32,900 nucleotides of DNA from an uncultured Clostridium sp. (GTDB lineage Bacteria; Bacillota; Clostridia; TANB77; CAG-508), in NCBI GenBank assembly GCA_946497585.1, contig CAMMLF010000003.1, positions 1 through 32,900 of the forward strand, in the 5' to 3' direction. Under the pieces are notes generated by a model. The model was not told the DNA's origin. It did no database searches and saw nothing but the letters and a program-made list of their open reading frames with translations. A program made the translations under genes and the position numbers. Below are positions 9,676 to 20,126 of the stretch, one piece after another. How positions within the stretch are numbered: the first letter of the stretch is position 1; every line of letters begins with the position of its first letter.

Positions 9676-10905
9676 TTATACAACTGCTTCTGCTTTCTTT
9701 AATAATACTACGCTTTGTTTGCTTGACATTTTACCATCGCCAATAAGAGTAGCTTTTGTAACCCATTGGTCTGTATCTTCATCAAAATATCTTTTGATTA
9801 CAATTTCCATATTTGAATTGAATACATAGTCTGATAAATCACAAATTACACCAAATACAGTTCCTACTTCTGCAGTATCGAAAGATGGTAAGTAGTCATC
9901 TTCTACTAATATTGCATCTTTACCAAGAACTTTTGTTGTTTCTTCTCCATTTAATCCAAAATTTACTCTTCCTACTGGTTGTCCATTTTGGTCTACCATT
10001 CCTTCAATGTGGTTTGTAAAGTCTGCATCATTAAGAATGAAACAAATTCTCTTTTTATAACTTGCTGGAACTTCTTTTTTAGCTTTTATCCATCCTTTAT
10101 AAGTTCCAATTTCTGCTTCTGTCATTTCTACAGTTTTTACATCTGTATGTTTTGTGATTCCTAGAGGTTGTCCTTCTCCTGTTCCATTTAAAATAGCTTG
10201 TTCTAATGCAACAATCATAGCTTCTTTCATTGCATCTACTAGGCTATCTTCAAATATTTCTAATGTAGTTGTATCAACTTCAAGACTAATAGCAATTCTA
10301 CATTGTAATTTATGATATAAGAATGATATTTTACCATCTACAGGATATTTTTGCTTATCTGCAACAGTATTTTCTCCTACCCATGTTGCTCTTGGTTTTA
10401 ATGTAGCAACAGGAATAGAAACTCCACCTTTTACATTTGTTTTTGTTACTCTTGCCCAGATTTGTCCATATTCTCTTAATTCTTTTATTACTCTTTGCAT
10501 AATAGTATTTGGAATTACTGCTGATGCATCTGCTGTAAGAGTTATTGCATCTGCTCTTTTCTCTGAAACTTTACCTGTTAATATGTATTCCATAAATGCT
10601 GTTCTTTTTTCTAATTCTGTATTGTCTATTCTTCTTGCTTGATTTCCTGCACTTCTTCCCATTTGGTAAGATGCAACAGGATTAAAAGTTGCTTTACTTC
10701 TAATTTCCATTTGTTTTATTGTAGCTTTTCTTGATTCTTCTAATTCTGCTTTTTCTGCATTTAGTTTATCAACTTCCTCTTCAATTTCTTTTAATCTTTC
10801 TTCGTTTTCTTCTTTTATAGCTTCTTCTCCTTTAGCTTTTAATTGCTCCTCTAATTTAGCGATTTTTTCCTCTAATTCTTTAATTTTTTTCTCTAATTCT
10901 TCCAT
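9676..10905 (-). CDS. Major capsid protein, HK97 fold
   Basis: 409 aa; coiled-coil delta domain, VIP..I...I, ATWVGE, ILNGTG.GQPLGI motifs. Confidence 0.95.
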   Translation of the reverse strand: MEELEKKIKELEEKIAKLEEQLKAKGEEAIKEENEERLKEIEEEVDKLNAEKAELEESRKATIKQMEIRSKATFNPVASYQMGRSAGNQARRIDNTELEKRTAFMEYILTGKVSEKRADAITLTADASAVIPNTIMQRVIKELREYGQIWARVTKTNVKGGVSIPVATLKPRATWVGENTVADKQKYPVDGKISFLYHKLQCRIAISLEVDTTTLEIFEDSLVDAMKEAMIVALEQAILNGTGEGQPLGITKHTDVKTVEMTEAEIGTYKGWIKAKKEVPASYKKRICFILNDADFTNHIEGMVDQNGQPVGRVNFGLNGEETTKVLGKDAILVEDDYLPSFDTAEVGTVFGVICDLSDYVFNSNMEIVIKRYFDEDTDQWVTKATLIGDGKMSSKQSVVLLKKAEAVV

Positions 10906-10906
10906 T

Positions 10907-11575
10907 TTAATTTCCTCCTAAATTTATTTTTGTTTTTATTGAAATTCGCCTTTTACGAATTTCTAATTGTTTGTTTGCTCTAGCATTATCCAATGCCTTC
11001 TTCTCGTTATCCAACGATACCAAAGCACGAGCATATATAGTAGTATCTTCGTAAGCAGGATAATTTACCGCACTTACTTCGATAATCTTACTAACCTTTT
11101 TAATAATTCTTGTTGGCATTTCTTGGTCCACATCTTTCCACTCTTCTTCTGCTACTTCAAACATATAACTCATTCCAGATATATCTCCTCTTCTTATAGC
11201 AGAATCTAGAGCTTTTGATTCTGTATTGTTTTCTATATCAATACTTGCCCTTATTTTTAAGCCAATTGCATCTGGTTGTAAAAACAATGTATTATTTGGA
11301 TTATTTCTTCTACTTCTAGCAAGTGGTATTCTGTTAAGATCATGATTATAATATAATGCAACATCATCAAAGTCTGTTCCTTCAAAAGCACCATCTTGTA
11401 TTATTTCTTTGAACATTCCTCCAATAATTGTTTCTGAATTATAAATTGCTGCATACCCTTCTAATATAGCCTCTGAACTCTTGACTTGTTGTTCATTATC
11501 TATATTTTGAATATTCTGTACTTGCCTTCTTTCAACTTTTTCTTTAACATATTTATGTTGCTTGTCCATCTCCAT
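10907..11575 (-). CDS. HK97-family prohead protease
   Basis: EGYAA.YN, YNHD, GD.SGMS..F, EVSAV.YPAY.DT motifs. Confidence 0.95.
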   Translation of the reverse strand: MEMDKQHKYVKEKVERRQVQNIQNIDNEQQVKSSEAILEGYAAIYNSETIIGGMFKEIIQDGAFEGTDFDDVALYYNHDLNRIPLARSRRNNPNNTLFLQPDAIGLKIRASIDIENNTESKALDSAIRRGDISGMSYMFEVAEEEWKDVDQEMPTRIIKKVSKIIEVSAVNYPAYEDTTIYARALVSLDNEKKALDNARANKQLEIRKRRISIKTKINLGGN

Positions 11576-12809
11576 TTTCCTCCTTCATCATACTTTTTGA
11601 TTTGTTTAATTGATATTCATTTGCTATTCTTGCATCAATATTGTTTAGACTTAAGATTCTAATATCTCCGCCCTCTTCTGCAGGAGGCATACCTAATAAA
11701 TTCAATGCATCATCTAGTCTGAACACCATTAAAGGCATCAATTCCTTTATTGCATTTACTTTTGTTGCCCAACTTGCATATTGTAATCTACTAGAATAAA
11801 ACTCTACTTGGTTTCCCATGTCTCTTTCTCTTTCTGTGAATAATCTTGCTGTAAAACCTTGACTACACATTATTGCAAGAGGCTCTATTCTACTTTCATA
11901 AAAGCTGTTAAACTCTTCCTCTGTATAACAATTATTAAATATAGGTACTGAAACTCCATATCTATTAAGTATTTTATTTTGTATAAAATCTAGTGTATCT
12001 TTATCAACTATCTTCGGGTCTATCTTTAAATCTATATACTCTCCTTTTAAATCCATTGGTAATATTCCAGATTTGCTGTTTGTCATTTTGCTTTCAAACT
12101 CTTCTATTTGTTTCTGTTGGTCCTCTTCTGCTAATACTGTATTGATTTTCAATATACCTCTGATTTGAAAGCTAGATTCAATCCCTTTGCCTATTCCTTC
12201 TATTATGGTTTGATTTGTTTGTAATGTTCTTAATAAATCTTTGTTGTCATCATCTCCCATAAACTCATTTACACCAAAGAACTGCCTTAAATGAATTACT
12301 TTGTAATATGGCATTTCTGCAGTATATCCATTAGCAAAGTAAAATTTTATATACATGTCTCCATATTTATTCTCTAATAAATCAACTTGCATTGGTCTTA
12401 ATGGATATAATCCTTTTATACTTCCATTTTCATATAACGGATAAATAAAAACATTGCTGTCTAATAAAAGCAATGTTATTATCTTATATATAAATTCTGA
12501 TGTAGTCATAAATGGATTTGGCATACATTTTAGCAGCCTTTCTAATCCGCTTTTTACTACTGTTTGTTTTCCTGTTTCACTATCTATTCTTATATGTTTA
12601 GGTTGCAACTTTGAGCAATGTGTTGCAACTCTATCTATACATATTTTTACTAAATCGGAGGCATATACATTATTTCCAAAGCTAGAGAACACAGGCATTT
12701 CTCCATTTAGCATTTTATAATATTTCTTTTCCATTTTTTTAGGTTTCACATTTTCTGTATTTTTTCCAAACACATTATGAAACATATCTCTTATGTTTAC
12801 TCTACTCAC
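11553..12809 (-). CDS. Portal protein, HK97 family
   Basis: PNPFMT..EF, LYPL.P, VIHLR, YGV motifs; follows TerL. Confidence 0.93.
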   Translation of the reverse strand: MSRVNIRDMFHNVFGKNTENVKPKKMEKKYYKMLNGEMPVFSSFGNNVYASDLVKICIDRVATHCSKLQPKHIRIDSETGKQTVVKSGLERLLKCMPNPFMTTSEFIYKIITLLLLDSNVFIYPLYENGSIKGLYPLRPMQVDLLENKYGDMYIKFYFANGYTAEMPYYKVIHLRQFFGVNEFMGDDDNKDLLRTLQTNQTIIEGIGKGIESSFQIRGILKINTVLAEEDQQKQIEEFESKMTNSKSGILPMDLKGEYIDLKIDPKIVDKDTLDFIQNKILNRYGVSVPIFNNCYTEEEFNSFYESRIEPLAIMCSQGFTARLFTERERDMGNQVEFYSSRLQYASWATKVNAIKELMPLMVFRLDDALNLLGMPPAEEGGDIRILSLNNIDARIANEYQLNKSKSMMKEENGDGQAT

Positions 12810-14446
12810 TTTATTACCTCCATATATTCATTTCTGTGTGCATATAATATTGCATATACAATTATTAAGCTAACCGCACCATCTATTCTTATATATTTTT
12901 GTGAATTTAATTTTACAGGTGCTATTAGTCCATTATCATCAACTTTAATTTCTGTATTTCCTAAACACCATTTTAATATTGGAGAATTATTATAGTTTAC
13001 TATTTTAGCTCTTAAGTCTGCCTCTAAAATTTTCATTGGATTTGATAATACTTCTTTTTTCTGTAAGATTGTTTCCATATCAAAACCTACATCTTTCATT
13101 TCATCAACCCAATATTTTGCGGACCATTTATCATAGCCTATATACATTGGTCTTATATGATATGTTTTAAACATATCAACAAACCATTTTGTAACTTTCT
13201 TATAGTCATTCTCCCAACCTTCGCTAATTTCCATCAATCCCATTCTTGCCCATTCGTTATATGGAACTTTATCTTCTCTTACTCTTTTTTCTAGTTGCTC
13301 TTTTGGCATAAAATACTTTTGAAGAATATATTTTTTTCTATCGCCTTTTTTCATAATTAGTAATGTTGCACATGTTAAATCTATTGTATCTGATAAGTCC
13401 ACTCCGCCAAGAGCTACACTATTTTCTAGTAATTTCATATCGAATGTATCTGGATTTATTATTTCTGTTTCCTCTAGCCATGCATTGCTACTATTTTGTT
13501 TTATATTAAAATCCTTGCATAGCATCTTTATTCTGTTTCCTCTATCATTTTGAGATTTTAATATTTCTTTTTCTATATAATTTACTTTTTTTATTGTTCC
13601 TAGACTTGGATTTGATTTTTGCCATGTTTTTTTGTCTCTCCATATTTCTGTTTCATTGTCCTGGGTAAATAATAATGCTAATATACTTTCATCTTCTATT
13701 TCTCCATTAAGGACTTTTCTAACATACTTTAATTTTTTATCTAGGAAACCATCTGGAATAAATCCTTCTGTAGTTATACCAAATAATAAAGGTTCATCTT
13801 TTGTTGATTGACTTCTTTTAATTGCATCTTCTACATCATCGTTTTTCATTTCGTGTTCCTCATCAATGCAACCAACTTCTATATTATATCCATCTTTGTT
13901 TTTAGTTTGTCCACTTAATTTTTTTACTTTATTTTTATTCTTTTTGTGCTGTATTCTTCTCATGCTCATAAATACCCTTTTTTCTAGTTTAGGGCTTTGT
14001 GAAATCATGTTTTGCATTTCTTCAAATACTATGGATGCTTGGTCTGTTGTATTTGATGCACATACAACATCCGTTCCACCTTTACCACAAAAGAGCTCTG
14101 CTAATAGGATTGCTGCAATAAGTGTTGTTTTTCCATTTTTTCTAGCAATTAACAATAACACTTCTCTGAATCTTCTAAATCCTGTTTCTGTATATTTAAA
14201 AGAGTATGCAGCTTCTATCATAGCCTTTTCCCAAAGTTCTAGTTTGAAAGGCTTTCCATAAAACGGAGATTTAGTATGTTTACAATAATGCTCAATAAAA
14301 TATATTCTTTTATCTGCATCTTTAGTTTCATAAACATATTTGGGATTTTTTAAATCTTGCATTAGCCTATTAAGAGCTGTTTTTATTTCTATCCCTGCAA
14401 CTATTTCTCCACTTTGAATTTTATTGTAATATTCTTCTAACCACAT
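12806..14446 (-). CDS. terL: Terminase large subunit
   Basis: ARKNGKT Walker A, IDEEH Walker B, GGVDLS..DLT nuclease motif, IDGAVS. Confidence 0.96.
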   Translation of the reverse strand: MWLEEYYNKIQSGEIVAGIEIKTALNRLMQDLKNPKYVYETKDADKRIYFIEHYCKHTKSPFYGKPFKLELWEKAMIEAAYSFKYTETGFRRFREVLLLIARKNGKTTLIAAILLAELFCGKGGTDVVCASNTTDQASIVFEEMQNMISQSPKLEKRVFMSMRRIQHKKNKNKVKKLSGQTKNKDGYNIEVGCIDEEHEMKNDDVEDAIKRSQSTKDEPLLFGITTEGFIPDGFLDKKLKYVRKVLNGEIEDESILALLFTQDNETEIWRDKKTWQKSNPSLGTIKKVNYIEKEILKSQNDRGNRIKMLCKDFNIKQNSSNAWLEETEIINPDTFDMKLLENSVALGGVDLSDTIDLTCATLLIMKKGDRKKYILQKYFMPKEQLEKRVREDKVPYNEWARMGLMEISEGWENDYKKVTKWFVDMFKTYHIRPMYIGYDKWSAKYWVDEMKDVGFDMETILQKKEVLSNPMKILEADLRAKIVNYNNSPILKWCLGNTEIKVDDNGLIAPVKLNSQKYIRIDGAVSLIIVYAILYAHRNEYMEVIK

Positions 14447-14455
14447 TTAGATTTC

Positions 14456-14794
14456 TCATTCAAACATTTTTTCAAACTCATCGAAGTCATCTTCTGCATC
14501 AATTACATTCTTCTCTAAAATGCCATTTAGTGTCTTTACTAACACTGCATGAGTATTAAGGTATTTATTATATAGTTTCGCACTCTCTGTTATTAACTGA
14601 TGCGATGGATTTTTGCTACTAACTACTACAGATTTATGCTTTTCTATGTTTTGGTATAGCTCAAATAACTCTCCTGTAAGGTTTGCTGTCTGTTCTATAG
14701 TGCTTTCTGCCAATTTTCTTTTATTTTCTTCTACATTTTCAAATATTTTATTTAATTTATCCTTTTCTTTCTGGATTACTTGTTTTTTATCCAT
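14456..14794 (-). CDS. Probable terminase small subunit
   Basis: 112 aa helical protein directly upstream of TerL, with an acidic DDFDEF end. Confidence 0.7.
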   Translation of the reverse strand: MDKKQVIQKEKDKLNKIFENVEENKRKLAESTIEQTANLTGELFELYQNIEKHKSVVVSSKNPSHQLITESAKLYNKYLNTHAVLVKTLNGILEKNVIDAEDDFDEFEKMFE

Positions 14795-14799
14795 TTTTC

Positions 14800-14897
14800 A
14801 AAATTCCTTTCCAAAAATGAAAATTTTTCGGTTATATTTTTCCGTAGTCCCCCCTCGGTCCTCCTGGGGGCAAATATTCTTTCTTTAAGCGGGGGCA
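14800..14897. other. Candidate cos site
   Basis: GC-rich island with C5/G5 runs in the HNH-terS intergenic gap, the usual cos position in HK97-like phages. Confidence 0.5.
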
Positions 14898-15578
14898 TTA
14901 TTTTGATACAACTATGCCTCTTTCTACATCTTCCCACCACTTATTTATGTAATTTATAAACTCTATAGGTCTTTCTCCTATTCTTTCAATACATTCTTCC
15001 TTTGTTGCATCTATATATATTGGCTCTGCCCCAAGGTCCTGTATAGTCTTATCCCTTGTATATTTATCTGCAAATCCACCTATTACCCAAGCATTGAGCC
15101 AATCTCCTTTTCTTACTTTTATGTTATCCAGTATGGTTTCTCTGATAGCAAACATATTCTTTAATAAGCTATCTGGATGCACATATCTAGGCTGTAGACT
15201 TATACATTCCCATATATTGTCTACATCCAATACTAAATCTCCTTTTAACATATGATTTTTTACATATGTAGTTTTCCCAGATAAAGGACTTCCCCATATT
15301 AAAAATACCTTTTGCTCTTCTGGCTTTGTATTTGGTAGCCATCTGCCATGTCTCTTATTATGGCATTGATGACATAGTGCAATTAGATTCTTTGGATTTA
15401 AAGATATAGTATAATCGTTTACATTCTCCAATGTTAAGAATATTATGTGATGCACTTCTTCTGCTAATGCTCCACAATCTCCGCAAGTATTATCCGAATC
15501 GCTCAATACTTGTTCTCTTACACATTGCCATTCATAACAATTATAAAATGCTTTTAAACTTTTCCACATATTTACCAT
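14898..15578 (-). CDS. HNH endonuclease fused to a P-loop (AAA/kinase-like) domain
   Basis: CGDCG, EVHH, NL..LC..CHNK.H, then GSPLSGKTT. Confidence 0.88.
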   Translation of the reverse strand: MVNMWKSLKAFYNCYEWQCVREQVLSDSDNTCGDCGALAEEVHHIIFLTLENVNDYTISLNPKNLIALCHQCHNKRHGRWLPNTKPEEQKVFLIWGSPLSGKTTYVKNHMLKGDLVLDVDNIWECISLQPRYVHPDSLLKNMFAIRETILDNIKVRKGDWLNAWVIGGFADKYTRDKTIQDLGAEPIYIDATKEECIERIGERPIEFINYINKWWEDVERGIVVSK

Positions 15579-16027
15579 TCCTTAAACTTTGCTGTTTCTT
15601 TATCTAGTTTTAATCGTTCTTGTTGTATTGCAATGTTTTGAGGATTCTCTGCCCATCTATCTTTAGCTCTATTCTTTAGATAAAAGCACATAGCTCCTGT
15701 GTCTGGTGGTTTGAACTTCTGCACTTCAATTACTCTTACCTCTTCTCGATATTGGTCTGTTTTTACTTTTACTACTTGATGCTCTGTATAATAATATCCT
15801 GTAGCTGCTTTATATAAAGAATTTTCCACCTCTTCCACAGCTTCAAACTGTGCCTTTTTTATAAGCCCAGAAAGCCAAGAATATTTTTTCTCATATGCCT
15901 CAAATGTAGTCTTGCTTATTCCAAGGTTAGCAGCAATCTCTTTTTTAGTGCAACCTCTTTTCGCCCAATTTTCTATTTCTTCTTTTTTATCTTTGAGTTG
16001 CTTTTCGTTGTATTTGCTCTTTGCCAC
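15572..16027 (-). CDS. HTH protein, terminase-small-subunit-like
   Basis: EIAANLGISKTT HTH; VENSLYK.ATGY and PPD..A..FYLKNR...W motifs. Confidence 0.75.
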   Translation of the reverse strand: MAKSKYNEKQLKDKKEEIENWAKRGCTKKEIAANLGISKTTFEAYEKKYSWLSGLIKKAQFEAVEEVENSLYKAATGYYYTEHQVVKVKTDQYREEVRVIEVQKFKPPDTGAMCFYLKNRAKDRWAENPQNIAIQQERLKLDKETAKFKEW

Positions 16028-16209
16028 TTAACCACCTGCTTTTCTTTTTCAATTTCTTTTTTGAAACAACTATTATATCGCTTACAATTTTTACATTGTT
16101 GTTTCATGCAAATTTCTGTTTTCATATGTTTTTCCTCCTATAGAAAAAGACTTGTTTTTTAAACAAGCCTTTAGGGGAATTTTTTTGGTATTACTTTTTA
16201 CACTTTTTC

Positions 16210-16249
16210 ACAATATAAATATATCACTTTTAAAACGAACAAAACGAAC
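16210..16249 (-). promoter_or_regulatory. Candidate late promoter with tandem activator site
   Basis: AAAACGAAC direct repeat (16232-16249) directly after the ArpU-like gene, followed by an extended -10-like TGATATATT and no clear -35. Confidence 0.45.
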
Positions 16250-16253
16250 ATAT

Positions 16254-16667
16254 CTAATTTTTTTTAAAAAATCTTTTTAATTCCATTCTAGCTGCATCTG
16301 CTGTTGTTTTCATCTTATGCCCTATTTGTATCCAATTCATGCCATCTATGTATTTATGCCTTATTATTTGTCTTATCCTTGAGTTATCAATTTCTTTTAG
16401 ATATTCTTCTATATCTATTGTTATATCTAAAAGCTCATCTTTCTTTTCTTCTAGCATCCTTTTATATCTTGCTAATTTTTTGCTTTCCTTTTTTTCTTTA
16501 ATTCCTTCAATTACAATATTTCTTGATATATAAGGAAAAGCATCTGATGAACCTCTTACACTATCCATTACTAATTTGCAGTTTTCCGCTTCTTCTAGTT
16601 TTTGTATTCTCTGCTCTAGGTCTTTTATCTCTCTTTTGGCATCTTCACACTTTGACAGTATATCCAT
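16254..16667 (-). CDS. ArpU/RinA-like late transcriptional activator
   Basis: DSVRGS...FPY; R.IIRHKYIDGMNW.QIG C-terminal HTH; last early gene before packaging. Confidence 0.8.
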   Translation of the reverse strand: MDILSKCEDAKREIKDLEQRIQKLEEAENCKLVMDSVRGSSDAFPYISRNIVIEGIKEKKESKKLARYKRMLEEKKDELLDITIDIEEYLKEIDNSRIRQIIRHKYIDGMNWIQIGHKMKTTADAARMELKRFFKKN

Positions 16668-16708
16668 CCGCTTCCCTCCTTCTCTTTTGTGGATTATACA
16701 CTATTTAA

Positions 16709-16801
16709 CTATTTTTTATTGTCTTTATCATTGTTTCCAAAATATGCACATAATATAATAGTTGCACATATTATCAATGTTATTATTACACTATCACTCA
16801 T
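16709..16801 (-). CDS. 30-aa single-TM peptide
   Basis: AGGAGG RBS; MSDSVIITLIICATIILCAYFGNNDKDNKK*. Confidence 0.55.
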   Translation of the reverse strand: MSDSVIITLIICATIILCAYFGNNDKDNKK

Positions 16802-16877
16802 TGATTTATCTACCTCCTTATAAAAACAACTCTTGCTATTATATTTTCTATAAATTTATTGCTTTTTTAAGCCTAAT

Positions 16878-17625
16878 TTACTCTTCTTCCTGAAATCTAT
16901 ATAAGTTATTATTTTCTTTTCCGTCTATGTAACCGCTTCATATAAAAATATTCTTCTAATAGCTTTACTGGAACTAATATTAGCAAATCATCATTTAACA
17001 TAATGTTTGAATTAGCATTTGTGTTTAATTTTACTTGTTGTATCTGTTCTGCTTGCAATGTTTTGATTTTTTCTGTTTCTTCTATAAGATTTATTTCTTT
17101 TAATATAAATTCTCTAATGCTTGGTTTTTGTTTGTATTCATGTTTTAAAAATAATTCTTTATTTTCTGTGTATGTTCTAGTTAGATATATTTGACATTCA
17201 TTTTGAATATTGTATTCTTTTGTATTAGTTTCATATCCAATTTTCTTAAAAACTGTAGCTAAAGTAAACTCTTTGTTATTTTTCTTTGCTTCTTCCGCTT
17301 CTGACAGCATTCTTAAAAAATATTTATATGTTTCTTTGTTTTTATCAAAATTATATTTATTTAATATTTGTGCTTCTTTACTATACATTTTATTGTTTTT
17401 ATTATATTTTTTAATTTGTTTTTCTTTATTTATTATTTCTTCATACTCTTCATCACTGAGATTTCTATATTGTTCATACAGTCCATTTTCTTTATATTTT
17501 TGTAATAATTTTTCCGCTTCTTCTGAATTAATATGTATTGTTTTGTCAAGTGCAGTATCTATATCATGATACTTGCATAGGTATATTTGTTCTTCTACAC
17601 TTAGCTCTTTCATTTGTTTTTTCAC
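16878..17625 (-). CDS. Hypothetical protein, 248 aa with +1 shift at CGG 16935-16933
   Basis: AAGGAG RBS; frame 0 ends MKRLHRRKRK*, shifted end is MK-G-YIDGKENNNLYRFQEEE*. Confidence 0.7.
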
Positions 17626-17631
17626 TCCTTT

Positions 17632-18042
17632 TTAATATTCTTCGATTTTTATGTACATTTTTTCTTCTTTTGAATATCTTTTTTCTACTACTAACTCTGT
17701 CACTTGTGTATCATCTTTAAAAGCCATTTTGTTCATTGAATCTAGTATAATTTTTGTTATATTGTCTATGTCTGGTTTTTTTGTTGGACTTATGTTTTGT
17801 TTCAACATTTCCGCTTCTTTCTTTTTACTTGTAGATTTTGGAATGCCAAAATATGCGATTATTGTTACTTTTATTCTTCCTTCTAGTGTTTCAAATCTTG
17901 GATATTTTATTGCAAACCATTGTTTTGCTGTAAATTCATAATTTTTTGTTTTTGACGGTGTGTATGCTTGTCCAGTTCGAGTATTCATTCTTGGTCTTGC
18001 TTTTCCAATTATTTGTCCTGGTATTTCAAATTCGTATATCAT
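17632..18042 (-). CDS. rusA: RusA-family Holliday junction resolvase
   Basis: GKARPR, KKPDIDN..K...D, DD.QV motifs. Confidence 0.93.
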   Translation of the reverse strand: MIYEFEIPGQIIGKARPRMNTRTGQAYTPSKTKNYEFTAKQWFAIKYPRFETLEGRIKVTIIAYFGIPKSTSKKKEAEMLKQNISPTKKPDIDNITKIILDSMNKMAFKDDTQVTELVVEKRYSKEEKMYIKIEEY

Positions 18043-18399
18043 TTGTTTTTTCCCTTTCTTTTCTTCATAATACTTTTGTATATTGTTCTTTCAACTACGG
18101 CTAAAGCTTCATAATTTGATATAAATCTGCCGGTCGTTCCTGTGTCTAATGCTTGCTCGAATTTTTTTACTTGCTGATATTGTTTCTATCTCATCATCTT
18201 CAACTACTTCAAACTCTGTTTCAATATCGCACAAATATCCTGTGTGAAATTTTCCCTTTTCGCTGTATAGCCTTCCGTTTTTGTATTCTATTGTGTCTAT
18301 TATTTCATCATCATATATTACATTTATTTTGCTGTTATTTTTGATTTCTCCACTATGTATATTCTCTAGTAGTTCATTTGCTCTCATTCTTTCAAACAT
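18039..18399 (-). CDS. Hypothetical protein, 119 aa with +1 shift at CGG 18132-18130
   Basis: GGAGG RBS; the shifted frame ends ...MKKRKGKNK-TGA overlapping the rusA ATG (ATGA). Confidence 0.65.
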
Positions 18400-18401
18400 T
18401 G

Positions 18402-18593
18402 TTATTCCTCCTTAATATAATCTTGTATTTTTTCTCCAAATTCTTCTACTAATTCTCTAACTTTTTCATTTATAAATGTTCTATTATAATTAAAATCTAC
18501 TTCAAGCGCATCTTCCTCATTCATTAAAGAGTCTATATTTACAAAAACTTCTAATTTTACTAAGCCTACTCTTGTGTCTTTTTGCTCTTTCAT
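18402..18593 (-). CDS. Hypothetical protein
   Basis: 63 aa, AAGGAG RBS, tight packing. Confidence 0.7.
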   Translation of the reverse strand: MKEQKDTRVGLVKLEVFVNIDSLMNEEDALEVDFNYNRTFINEKVRELVEEFGEKIQDYIKEE

Positions 18594-18603
18594 TTATATA
18601 AAT

Positions 18604-18873
18604 TCACTCCTTTACCTTCTCTGTTTCATCTGCCCAATAGTTTGAGCCATTTTTACGCATTTTTACAACAAGATTGTCTATCTTTTCATTTGTTTGTCTA
18701 TTTTCTTCTTGTAGTTGTTTAAGTTTTTGTATTATACTTGCAAAAAGCAAATAAATTGGTCTTTTTAAATTTATTATTTCTGTTGCAGTTTCTGCCTTGT
18801 TTCTATTTATTATTTTGTCCAACTCATAATCTAATGCCTTTTTTATTTTTTCTATATCCTCTTCAATTTCCAT
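18604..18873 (-). CDS. Hypothetical protein
   Basis: 89 aa, GGAGG RBS. Confidence 0.7.
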   Translation of the reverse strand: MEIEEDIEKIKKALDYELDKIINRNKAETATEIINLKRPIYLLFASIIQKLKQLQEENRQTNEKIDNLVVKMRKNGSNYWADETEKVKE

Positions 18874-19277
18874 TTTTTTGTTTCCTCCTTTACTTTATTT
18901 TGATTTACTTTATCTGTTATTATTTCTAACGTATTCCAGCTATCGTGAGTATTTATTACTCTTGGATTTATTTTTTCTAAAACTGCAATGCTTCCATTTT
19001 TCCATTGATGTAATACTATTCCTATTGTTCCACTTCTTTTATTTCTAACTGGTAATCCTACTAACTCTCTTTCTTCTTCTAGCTCTGCTATTCTTTTGTC
19101 TTTCTCTTTGATTTGTTCCTGCATTGCCGCAAATTTTATAGCATATATACTATCTTCATTATCTCCTTGCATTTTGTATTTCCTATGTAACATACAATAC
19201 ATACTGCCATAGTCTGCTCCAGAAATACAGCTTTGGTTGTTTAGACATTTATAACATTCTTCTTTTAATTCACTCAT
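18852..19277 (-). CDS. Hypothetical protein (Cys-rich N-terminus, coiled coil)
   Basis: GAGGTGG RBS before MSELKEECYKC; ATGA overlap with the upstream gene. Confidence 0.7.
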   Translation of the reverse strand: MSELKEECYKCLNNQSCISGADYGSMYCMLHRKYKMQGDNEDSIYAIKFAAMQEQIKEKDKRIAELEEERELVGLPVRNKRSGTIGIVLHQWKNGSIAVLEKINPRVINTHDSWNTLEIITDKVNQNKVKEETKKWKLKRI

Positions 19278-19510
19278 TCTATCCACCTCAATTCTTGAAA
19301 TTTTTTATTTATTGCCTGTAATAATCTATAATCTATTTCTAAAGGGAATATTTCATTATTGTTTATTCTATTAGCATCAAAAGTTCTATCTTCTAAATAA
19401 AATCTTATATAGTATTCTTCTTTAACATGCTTAAATCTAACAACTCCAAATGCTTCTCCAATATCTTTATTAAAATTTAATTTTTCAAACATCTTATCCG
19501 CTTCACTCAT
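19274..19510 (-). CDS. Hypothetical phage protein
   Basis: GGAGG RBS; ADKMFEKL...LQAINKK..EL.W pattern common in phage early genes. Confidence 0.72.
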   Translation of the reverse strand: MSEADKMFEKLNFNKDIGEAFGVVRFKHVKEEYYIRFYLEDRTFDANRINNNEIFPLEIDYRLLQAINKKFQELRWIE

Positions 19511-19513
19511 AAG

Positions 19514-19723
19514 CTAGTCCTCCATGTAAATTAAAAATTCTAACAATTCTTTATCATTTTCAAAATGTGCTAAATCTGTTACTATGTTAATTTTTCCATA
19601 TATATTGTATTGATTCCATTTGTAATGTTCCTTTATTAGTTCTTTTAATTTATCTGTTTCAATAGTTACATTACGTTTTTGTTCTTCTTTTTCATTCCTT
19701 TTGAAATCTATTGCATCAAACAT
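19514..19723 (-). CDS. Hypothetical protein
   Basis: GGAGGA RBS before MFDAIDF. Confidence 0.65.
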   Translation of the reverse strand: MFDAIDFKRNEKEEQKRNVTIETDKLKELIKEHYKWNQYNIYGKINIVTDLAHFENDKELLEFLIYMED

Positions 19724-20126
19724 TATAGTCCTCCTCCAACAATTCTGGGTTATCATATATATTGCCTATTACTTCTCTATCTGCTCTACCTATATCGCTT
19801 AATGGTTCATCAAAAAATAGTATTTCTTTACATTTTGTTACAAATTCAGCATATTCATCGCTATATTCAACCCATACAATAAAGGTTTTATCCATATATT
19901 TTGTTCTTACTATATCTCCCTCGTATATTTCTTTTCCGTTCTTATCTTTTAGTCCTGTGTATTGTCCTATTGTATCCTCGTCTACACTAGTTTCTTGTAA
20001 GTGTTCATTTTTTATAAAATATTGATAATCTTCGCTAAAAAAGCTTTTTATTTTATATAGATATCCATATACCCATTTTTTACCTTCAGTTGTTCCTGTC
20101 TTTCCTCTAAATTTTATCTCTCTCAT
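19716..20126 (-). CDS. YopX-family protein
   Basis: MREIKFRG, GQYTGLKDKNGKEIYEGDIV, EVIGNIYDNPELL. Confidence 0.95.
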   Translation of the reverse strand: MREIKFRGKTGTTEGKKWVYGYLYKIKSFFSEDYQYFIKNEHLQETSVDEDTIGQYTGLKDKNGKEIYEGDIVRTKYMDKTFIVWVEYSDEYAEFVTKCKEILFFDEPLSDIGRADREVIGNIYDNPELLEEDYNV

